A DNA stretch of 64,000 nt from Nemertoderma westbladi (Eukaryota; Animalia; Xenacoelomorpha), in the NCBI GenBank assembly GCA_032718475.1, contig JAUCBJ010008829.1, positions 62,001-126,000 of the forward strand. The letters are read 5' to 3'. Shown in pieces: positions 35,372 through 43,922 of this stretch. Position numbers and translations under genes: made by a program. Within the stretch, counting starts at the first letter, position 1. Every line of letters starts with the position of its first letter. The notes under the pieces are model-generated. The model made no database searches, was not told the origin of the DNA, and saw only the letters and a program-made list of their open reading frames with translations.

Positions 35372-36683
35372 TGTTCGCGGTATTTCAATTTTCCATAACA
35401 CGAGTTGAATATTTTTGTATTTATTTAAAATTGATTATTCCGATATTACTACTGGGTGCGGGACCATGGGTTTTGGGCACATTCAATAAACTGGGGGCGA
35501 TTTATGGGCGAACTTTGGGGCAACTTACAGGGTACGGGAATAATTTCATAGTTATAAGGGCCAGGGGGGGATGGAAAATGCAAGCAGTATTCAGGTTAGC
35601 CTGAGTACTATTAGGCCCTGGCCAACTTCCTGCTGCCTGTAGGGGTGGATTTGGTAATGCGCCAGGCCTAAAGGACAAGGACTGCCCTTAGTGGTCCCTG
35701 GCCAACAGCAGCCATTACGAGACTGAAGAGAACTCGGACTGCTGACTGCTTGTGTCAGGGATTTGCGACGGGCACCGACGGCCCCTTAGTAGCCAAGCCG
35801 TTCTGGTTCTCGATGATCGAACCCCGGGGTTCGTGAGGGGTGGAGCGGACACGCGAACGGGTGGCCAACTAACGACTGCCCCCTGACCTAAGCCGTACTG
35901 GTTCTCGATGACCGATCCCTTCGGGGTTCGCGAGGGGTGGGACGGACATGCGAAAGGGCTGGCCACAGGACGGGTTTGACGAGAACTGCCCTTAGCGGTC
36001 TCTGGTCAACGGCAGCTACTATGAGACTGAAAAGAACTCGGAACGCTGACTGCTTGTACTGGGATTTGCGACGGGAACTGACGACAGACCCCTTAGCCAA
36101 GCCGTACTGGTTCTCGATGATCGTTCCCTTCGGGGTTCGTGAGGGGTGGAACGGACACGCGAACGGGTCCACTGACACGACAGACTCCTAGCCAAGCCGT
36201 ACTGGTTCTCGATGACCGAACCCTTCAGGGTTCGAGAGGGGTGGTACGGATACGCGACAGAGTCTACCGACTGGACCGACCCTTAGCCAAGCCGTGCTGG
36301 TTCTCGATGATCGTTCCCTTCGGGGTTCGTGAGGGGTGGAACGGACACGCGACAGGGTCGACCGACACCGACACTACGGCACTAAGACTGGGACCGAGGG
36401 AAAATCTGGGGAACATTAGGTAGGCTAAAATTCTGAGCGAACAGTGGGTTATTAAATAATATACCGTAGGGATTTCTATTATCGTGTATAATTATTGTGA
36501 ATATTTGGTGTATATTGATTTGGGGAAGCCCAAAATTATTCTTAATCAAGTTTCAATGATGTTGAACGGGTTTCAACTATAGGAAGTTACATTAAAGAGT
36601 ATATCCAACTAATGCAGCTTTTTATCAACCGCAAACTTGCATCTCAGAAAATATTCCCTCCCCACAATCAATATCCGGTGACT
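35372..36683 (+). repeat. 5' LTR of C (last ~78 bp deleted)
   Basis: Matches 42317-43839 apart from a ~220-bp and a 9-bp indel. Confidence 0.93.
35681..36362 (+). repeat. Array of structured-RNA-like repeats in the C LTR (5 type-A and 2 type-B units; 3' LTR copy 42627-43525 has 6 type-A)
   Basis: Type A: TAGCCAAGCCGTACTGGTTCTCGATGAYCGWWCCCTTCGGGGTTCGTGAGGGGTGGAACGGACACGCGA with covarying closing stems. Type B contains TACGAGACTGAAAAGAACTCGGAAC. Confidence 0.9.
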
Positions 36684-38306
36684 CGAAGCAACGCGGTGGA
36701 AATTTATAGTTGTCTGACTGAGCCTGCAAAGGACTCGGGCAGGCACTATAACGTCGCGACGATCACCCAACTAGCGGCGTCTTTACATCGGTTGATCGAG
36801 CGAACTTCATCCATGAGACGGCTCGTCTATCACGTTATAACCCTTCGCAACTTCCTACGGTGGAAAAACAACAAACCGATAGTTCAACGGAATATACAAG
36901 AACTCATTATTGCGGAGAAGTGTATTGTTAGATATGTCCAGAAAGAAAGTTTCCCCGATGAATGGGAACAACTTAGTGCGGGCAAAACGTTGAAACCGGA
37001 CAGCCCAGTCTACCAACTGAGACCAATGATGGGAGAGGACGGACTGATCCGACTGAATACCCGGATGGCAAACGCCCCGGTCGAATATGAGGTTAAATAC
37101 CCGGCGCTTCTGCCCGGAACGTCGACACTAGCTAAGCTATTAATTCTACAATGTCACGAGGACAACCACCACGCAGGACAGAATTGGATTATAGCTAATA
37201 TAAGACAAAGATATTGGATCACCCACATCCAGCCACTGATCCGGAAAGTGTTGAAACGTTGCTTCACCTGCAGACGTTACCTAGCGCCACCAATCACCCA
37301 AAAGATGGCCGACTTACCAGCCACCCGTCTACAAGCGGATTCCCCACCATTCTACGTCACCAGAGTGGACTGTTTCGGACCGTTCACGGTTATTGAACGA
37401 CGATCCAACATCAAATGCTGGGGAGCCATCTTCACCTGCCTAAGGTCTAGGGCAATTTACCTAGATATCGTGGTAAATCTGACACAACACGCATTCATCA
37501 ACGCTCTGCGTCGGTTCGTGGCGAACAACGGGACATGCCGCCACATGTATTCCGATAATGGTACAAACTTTGTGGGAGGAGAAAGAGAACTTAGAGAGGT
37601 GATCGAGGGATGGTTTACCGATAACACTGCATCCCAAGTCTGGAAGGAACACCAGATACAGTGGCACTTCCAGACCCCCTTAGCACCCCATACGAGCGGG
37701 GTATGGGAGAAACTGATCGACCTAGTGAAACGATCCATGCGCGTCGCTCTAGGCGATACCCGGGTAACCCATGACACCCTCCGCACAACATTCTGCGAGA
37801 TCACGGCTACCCTGAACAACCGACCCATTGTTCCTATCCGCGACGACCCCACAGACCTGGAACCCCTCACTCCTAACCACTTACTGGGGAGACCCAAAAC
37901 CCACCTCCTCCCGGAAACCATGTTCCCGGATCCCAACGAGATCGCGAAACATACAAACTGGAAAAAGGCCCAAGCGTTGGCAGCGCATTGGTGGAGAATT
38001 TGGGCCCAGGAGTACCTCATAACCCTCCGGACCAGGAGGAAATGGAACAACACCTACCGGAACGTCGCAGTTGGCGACATGGTACTAGTTAAAGAAGATC
38101 TCAAAGACCGCGTTCACTGGCCTGTGGCGCGGGTCGTGACCATACACCCAAGCAAAGACGGACTTGCGAGGACTGTGACGATACGAACGAAATCGGGCCA
38201 CTACCAACGCCCCATCCAGAAGCTGTGCCTTCTTGAAGGCAATGACAGTGGTGATTCTACGAGAGGTCCTGCTGTGGACATTGGTGACAATTATAAACCC
38301 GTGTAA
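36684..38306 (+). CDS. BEL/Pao integrase of element C (open frame, N-terminus lost)
   Basis: H..HHAG...CFTC zinc domain, VDCFGPF, YSDNGTNF, GVWEKLI, LTPNH, VGDMVLV, WPVARV, DGLART, RPIQKL. Confidence 0.93.
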   Translation, partial: RSNAVEIYSCLTEPAKDSGRHYNVATITQLAASLHRLIERTSSMRRLVYHVITLRNFLRWKNNKPIVQRNIQELIIAEKCIVRYVQKESFPDEWEQLSAGKTLKPDSPVYQLRPMMGEDGLIRLNTRMANAPVEYEVKYPALLPGTSTLAKLLILQCHEDNHHAGQNWIIANIRQRYWITHIQPLIRKVLKRCFTCRRYLAPPITQKMADLPATRLQADSPPFYVTRVDCFGPFTVIERRSNIKCWGAIFTCLRSRAIYLDIVVNLTQHAFINALRRFVANNGTCRHMYSDNGTNFVGGERELREVIEGWFTDNTASQVWKEHQIQWHFQTPLAPHTSGVWEKLIDLVKRSMRVALGDTRVTHDTLRTTFCEITATLNNRPIVPIRDDPTDLEPLTPNHLLGRPKTHLLPETMFPDPNEIAKHTNWKKAQALAAHWWRIWAQEYLITLRTRRKWNNTYRNVAVGDMVLVKEDLKDRVHWPVARVVTIHPSKDGLARTVTIRTKSGHYQRPIQKLCLLEGNDSGDSTRGPAVDIGDNYKPV

Positions 38307-38569
38307 CCATTCTCATCATGTTGACAAACTCTTTTTAACTGTGATTTATCGACAACGAGTTATGGACCCCCTTTAAAACCAACTGTAACCACGCAATGGT
38401 ATTTGTGTTTCCTCGTGTGTTATGTGGAGTCCAGCATCACCCTGCAGATGTTTCGACTGACGCAGGGTCGTTTATGTATTGTTTACCCTGATTTTGGTCA
38501 TTGGGACCAACGATATTGGATTATTGGAAATGGAAAAGATTTGAAGTGGAATTCATTGTATTCATCGCA

Positions 38570-39003
38570 GTATGTTATGTTGTCCGTTGCGTGCGCAGTT
38601 CGGGGCGTAGGCGGTGTAACGAGTCCAGCTGTAGATCCTGGATTGCCGCGCAACACCCCCTCTACCCCGTTATTCTGGTGGGTCCATGGTGCATCCACAT
38701 GACTTCGACGATAGAGGGTTTTATGTTTCTCAGTCGCGTTATTCTGGTGGGACCGTTGCGTGGATTTTGGGGCGTAGGCGGTGTAACGAGTCCAGCTGTA
38801 GATCCCAGAATGTTGCGTAACCCCATCCCACATGACTTCGTCGACTGAGCTTTATGTTGTTGGGAGTGTTATTCTGGTGGGTCCATGGTGCATCCACGTG
38901 ACTTCACTCCTAGCGTCTTCATTGTCCGTTATGTGCGCAGTTTGGGGCGTAGGCGGTGTAACGAGTCCAGCTGTAGATCCCAGATTGCCGCGTAACACCC
39001 CTT
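38570..39003 (+). repeat. Three ~170-bp tandem units between IN and the accessory ORF
   Basis: GGGGCGTAGGCGGTGTAACGAGTCCAGCTGTAGATCC at ~38602, ~38769 and ~38944. Confidence 0.9.
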
Positions 39004-39550
39004 CCACGACAAAGATTAACCAAAGAAAATGATTGAATATAGTTGGAAACGATGAAAAGGATCAGACAACTCTACTATAAACCTGAATGATGACGCGTAT
39101 GCTGATGAAAATGAAATGATGCGCACCCTGGTGCTGCGCTTATAACAAATGATGATAGCCGGGGGGCTATAAACCCAATGATGATGTGGAAATAAATAAA
39201 TGTGAAATAAATGGTGGAACTAAATGTTGAAATACATGTGGAAAGAAATGAAATGAGATGAAATAATAATGAAATGAAAAAAGACAAAAAAAGGTATAAA
39301 AGAGTCTAAAGAAAAGAATTAGAAAAAAGAAAGGACAAAAAAGTCATAAAAAACTGGTTGGATATTATGAATAGCTATAGTAACTGTAAATGCTGAATGT
39401 ATTAGCAATAAGATGATAGATGTCTATATAGCAATATTATTTAATAAACTGAATTAAATAAAAAACTGAATTATTCTGCTATCGCTATAGTTTCAGACTT
39501 TCTGGACTTATAATTAACTGATCTAATTTGTAACGGATATAATCGTAAAT

Positions 39551-42151
39551 ATGGACCCAAATCGCCAAATTATCGGCGAATTACGTAACACGATAGATCT
39601 ACTGGAATATTCGCAACCCGGATCCCCTGACTTTGATACAAATTGGAGCACCCTGCTAAATGAGAACGTGCGAGTCATTAAATTCACCGGGCGAGAGGGA
39701 CCGGATTCTAAGAATCTACGAGCCCTCCGGTTAGCCGATGCTAGTACGAGACTGAAAAGAACTCGGAACGCAAAGGCAACCGGAGGGGACGATTCGTCGT
39801 TTTGGGAAACGTTCCGGCAGAGCGTCTACAGATCCCGATGTTTGATCTACGACAACGAGGGAAACGCGATGCCCACCTCGAAAGCGATTACGTTGGCGAG
39901 ATGTCAAAGTTTCGTCGACGACAAGAGTACGTACCTCGCCCACTGGGGAAACCTGTCAGAGTGTACGGCGACGCTTCGAGAGGAACGCGTATCGATTATC
40001 CAGAACCGCGACGACTACCAAGAAAAGTACGGGGCGAGAGAATACGGTCGATCCTTAGTCGTCGTCCTCGGAACCCTGGACGGTTTGGTACTGGTGTGCC
40101 GAATATTCCCGACACCCAGACAGGAAGTGCAGGCAGCCGGAGCGATCTGGTTGCTGCCTCCGGAAATCCAAAAGATCCTCTTCGACTTCGACGTCATTAA
40201 AATCGGGTCGGATATCAAGGCGGACGTCCGGAATGACTACGCGAACGCTCCTGCAGGAAGAAACCGACGGGACGACCTCAACGCCCTTAGCCATTGCATC
40301 GACACTCAAACGCTACTAGCCTGGTTACGATTCGCCGAGTTCATGCGAGGATTCCAAGAGGTGAGACCAACGAAATCTGGGATCGGCTACCTCGCTGTGC
40401 TAAACGACGGTATCGACTTCAAACCCCAGAAATTCCGGGACTATAATAAAATATATGGTGGATACCCGGGATTAGAAATAAAGAGCGAGCGAGAGGGTCG
40501 ATGGAAGGACGTTGATCGGAAGTGGACGATACACCAAAGATGGGAGAATCCCGATCGACGGAACTACGTTTACGTCGTTATGGAATGCTACACCGTCGCT
40601 AAGTTTATCTGTAAAACTCTCGATAACCGTATTACGGCGGTCCCCCTTTCCTTCGTCGACTACGACTGGAACGAGGTTATAAACCACGCGTTTAAAGCAG
40701 TCGAGAACATTACACCGGGAGAATCGAAAACACCCGCCGTTATCGATTCCTGGGACGAGAGCGGACCTTACGACATCCCTACGATTACCGAACTTCTCGG
40801 TGCGGAGGAGCCTCTGATCTCCTCGGAAGGGGAAGAGATATGGCTAAACGAGGGTGTTCTACTCTCCACCCCGAAGCGACAACTCGAGCCGGAGGCCGCG
40901 TATGGACCAGCCGCCAAACGGGTTGCCTCGGCCGAACCGATGAAGAGAGCAGGCGTTTACACTCCACGCGGCTCCGGTAGCCCCGCGAGGGAGGTGGCTA
41001 CTACAGCTGCATTGAGCGACTTCGGCGACATATGCCAACGGTTATCCCCGTATCCTTTCCCGGGTGGCGAAGATTGGTCGTCGGAGATTCCGAGTACCAG
41101 CCACCAACGGACCCGCGCAGCGATACTGATCGAGGAGGGCCCCAGCGACGCGCCGACCCCCGACGATCTCCTCGGTATCCCTCCGTCGAAAACCCCGGCA
41201 CCTCTTCGCCGACCAGCGGTGGCTACTACACCCGCCGTTCCTCAGGAGCCTATGCGACTAACCCGTTGGTACGCCAAGCAAACTGAATGGATCCACCGCC
41301 AGAAACGGTCATCCGAGTTGAGACCAACGGGACACAAAGAAGGTTATCGGAGCGAGAACCTATTACGCAAAAGCCTAGCATTCCGCGGGCTACCGACCAC
41401 CGAGAATATTCCGAAGAGCGACCGACGACTTGAATACTACGTCGGCGTCCCGATTCCGATATTCCCCGGTCGAGAGATGCAGTTGGAGGTATGCGGCGAC
41501 TGCGGCTCGGAGCAGTGCCCACGCGGCAGAAGGTATTGGGTTACCGATTCTTGCCTCCAGCTCCTCGGGATACTCTATTGCCCATACTGCGCGACATCGG
41601 GCCACGACGTTTCCGTCTGCCCAATCCTTTATAACCTCTGCACCACGTGCGGTTTCCGTGGACATTCCTCTAGCCCCCGCTGCTATATCAAATGTCCAAC
41701 CAAAGACGTTACCGCTATGGGCAATATGGTCATGTTTGAAACATACGCAAACAGCCATTTAAAGACCAAGGTTCGGAGAAACGCTCGGAATATCGCGCAG
41801 GAGATGGCGTGCGGATATTTCTCCTTCCCGGAACGCCTCCACACGTCGGCCATGCTACCTTTCCATTACGTGGATCTACTACTGAGCGCCGGATTATTCG
41901 GTCCATTTGAAGTCATTAGACGATTATACTCGTATAAAGAGGAGTTCGGTGACGGAGAATGGTTCCTAGAGGCACGCAAATCTGAGTTGGAAAGACGAAC
42001 CGACATGATCCCGATGCCTTCGAAAGGAAGAGCCGCCAGGAGACAAGCCGAAGCGTTACTCACAATGGATGTTGACGCTCCTCTACCAGCCATAGCGATC
42101 GATGAGAGTCGACGGGCGAAGAGACGAAAGGCGTATCAGAGAAAGAAATAG
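39551..42151 (+). CDS. Accessory 866-aa protein: DEDDy (WRN/EXD-like) 3'-5' exonuclease domain, disordered linker, Cys/His zinc knuckles
   Basis: ExoI IYDNEG, LPPEIQKILFD..VIKIGSDIKAD (ExoII), CIDTQ, KSGIGYL, ExoIII-like YVVMEC. C-terminal CGDCG, CPYC...GH....CP.L...CTTCGFRGH. Uninterrupted ORF. Confidence 0.75.
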   Translation: MDPNRQIIGELRNTIDLLEYSQPGSPDFDTNWSTLLNENVRVIKFTGREGPDSKNLRALRLADASTRLKRTRNAKATGGDDSSFWETFRQSVYRSRCLIYDNEGNAMPTSKAITLARCQSFVDDKSTYLAHWGNLSECTATLREERVSIIQNRDDYQEKYGAREYGRSLVVVLGTLDGLVLVCRIFPTPRQEVQAAGAIWLLPPEIQKILFDFDVIKIGSDIKADVRNDYANAPAGRNRRDDLNALSHCIDTQTLLAWLRFAEFMRGFQEVRPTKSGIGYLAVLNDGIDFKPQKFRDYNKIYGGYPGLEIKSEREGRWKDVDRKWTIHQRWENPDRRNYVYVVMECYTVAKFICKTLDNRITAVPLSFVDYDWNEVINHAFKAVENITPGESKTPAVIDSWDESGPYDIPTITELLGAEEPLISSEGEEIWLNEGVLLSTPKRQLEPEAAYGPAAKRVASAEPMKRAGVYTPRGSGSPAREVATTAALSDFGDICQRLSPYPFPGGEDWSSEIPSTSHQRTRAAILIEEGPSDAPTPDDLLGIPPSKTPAPLRRPAVATTPAVPQEPMRLTRWYAKQTEWIHRQKRSSELRPTGHKEGYRSENLLRKSLAFRGLPTTENIPKSDRRLEYYVGVPIPIFPGREMQLEVCGDCGSEQCPRGRRYWVTDSCLQLLGILYCPYCATSGHDVSVCPILYNLCTTCGFRGHSSSPRCYIKCPTKDVTAMGNMVMFETYANSHLKTKVRRNARNIAQEMACGYFSFPERLHTSAMLPFHYVDLLLSAGLFGPFEVIRRLYSYKEEFGDGEWFLEARKSELERRTDMIPMPSKGRAARRQAEALLTMDVDAPLPAIAIDESRRAKRRKAYQRKK

Positions 42152-42316
42152 TGGATCGGGATATTCCAGGAACATTTATCGAACATTTATTTTTATACAA
42201 ACTCTAGGCCAAATTAATTAAAAACTATGCAATATTAAATTTGGGTTTTTTATATTGGGAATGACCTACGCAAACTCAATCGACCGACAGACTTCACGAA
42301 GGTCATTGGGGGGGAC

Positions 42317-43917
42317 TGTTCGCGGTATTTCAATTTTCCATAACGCGAGTTGAATATTTTTGTATTTATTTAAAATTGATTATTCCGATATTACTACTGG
42401 GTGCGGGACCATGGGTTTTGGGCACATTCAATAAACTGGGGGCGATTTATGGGCGAACTTTGGGGCAACTTACAGGGTACGGGAATAATTTCATAGTTAT
42501 AAGGGCCAGGGGGGGATGGAAAATGCAAGCAGTATTCAGGTTAGCCTGAGTACTATTAGGCCCTGGCCAACTTCCTGCTGCCTGTAGGGGTGGATTTGGT
42601 AATGCGCCAGGCCTAAAGGACAAGGACTGCCCTTAGCGGTCCCTGGCCAACAGCAGCCATTACGAGACTGAAAAGAACTCGGACCGCTGACTGCTTGTGT
42701 CAGGGATTTGCGACGGGCACCGACGGCCCCTTAGTAGCCAAGCCGTTCTGGTTCTCGATGATCGAACCCCGGGGTTCGTGAGGGGTGGAGCGGACACGCG
42801 AACGGGTGGCCAACTAACGACTGCCCCCTGACCTAAGCCGTACTGGTTCTCGATGACCGATCCCTTCGGGGTTCGCGAGGGGTGGGACGGACATGCGAAA
42901 GGGCTGGCCACAGGACGGGTTTGACGAGAACTGCCCTTAGCGGTCTCTGGTCAACGGCAGCTACTACGAGACTGAAAAGAACTCGGAACGCTGACTGCTT
43001 GTACTGGGATTTGCGACGGGAACCGACGACAGACCCCTTAGCCAAGCCGTACTGGTTCTCGATGATCGTTCCCTTCGGGGTTCGTGAGGGGTGGAACGGA
43101 CACGCGATGGGGTCGAAAGACAAAGGACTAGACTCGACTAGACTCTACTGGCCTACCGACTGTTCGGAGCAGTTTCTCGGCTGCCGAAGCGACTACGAGC
43201 CTGAAACGGACTCGGAAAGCCTAGGTGGTTGGGTTTCTGTGATGAACCGACGGACCCCTAGCCAAGCCGTTCTGGTTCTCGATGATCGAACCCTTCGGGG
43301 TTCGTGAGGGGTGGAACGGACACGCGAACGGGTCCACCGACACGACAGACTCCTAGCCAAGCCGTACTGGTTCTCGATGACCGAACCCTTCGGGGTTCGA
43401 GAGGGGTGGTACGGATACGCGACAGAGTCTACCGACTGGACCGACCCTTAGCCAAGCCGTGCTGGTTCTCGATGATCGTTCCCTTCGGGGTTCGTGAGGG
43501 GTGGAACGGACACGCGACAGGGTCGACCGACACCGACACTACGGCACTAAGACTGGGACCGAGGGAAAATCTGGGGAACATTAGGTAGGCTAAAATTCTG
43601 AGCGAATAGTGGGTTATTAAATAATATACCGTAGGGATTTCTATTATCGTGTATAATTATTTGGTGTATATTGATTTGGGGAAGCCCAAAATTATTCTTA
43701 ATCAAGTTTCAATGATGTTGAACGGGTTTCAACTATAGGAAGTTACATTAAAGAGTATATCCAACTAATGCAGCTTTTTATCAACCGCAAACTTGCATCT
43801 CAGAAAATATTCCCTCCCCACAATCAATATCCGGTGACTGGCCGGGGCTCGGTGGTCTGTTAAGTCACGTCTCCAGCATCGGCGTTTTTCCCCCCTGGTG
43901 TAGGGATAACGGCAACA
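42317..43917 (+). repeat. 3' LTR of C (1.6 kb)
   Basis: TGTTCGCGG...GGCAACA. Confidence 0.93.
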
Positions 43918-43922
43918 AACGC

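Larger units (their letters stand above)
35372..43917 (+). mobile_element. BEL/Pao LTR element C with an accessory ORF; gag to RNase H deleted
   Basis: TSD AACGC at 35367-35371 and 43918-43922. 3' LTR 42317-43917 after PPT GGGGGGGAC. 5' LTR 35372-36683 truncated. BEL-type integrase. Confidence 0.93.

Noticed and set aside
35700-36360. Hammerhead, HDV or twister ribozyme, or tRNA genes, in the LTR repeats
   Set aside because: Only partial motifs (CTGAAGAG, GCGAAcGGG, TAGCCAAG, GGTTCG). I could not build the required cores, nested pseudoknots or a T-stem by eye.
35681-36362. CRISPR or TIGR-like guide array
   Set aside because: Eukaryotic LTR context, ~83-nt repeats, short low-complexity linkers with no visible targets, and no Cas or Nop-domain gene.
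36612-36683. ATG start of the integrase ORF
   Set aside because: These codons are LTR sequence fused in frame by the deletion, not a native start.
39551-42151. Envelope glycoprotein
   Set aside because: No signal peptide, furin/fusion segment or TM anchor; exonuclease and knuckle motifs are present instead.
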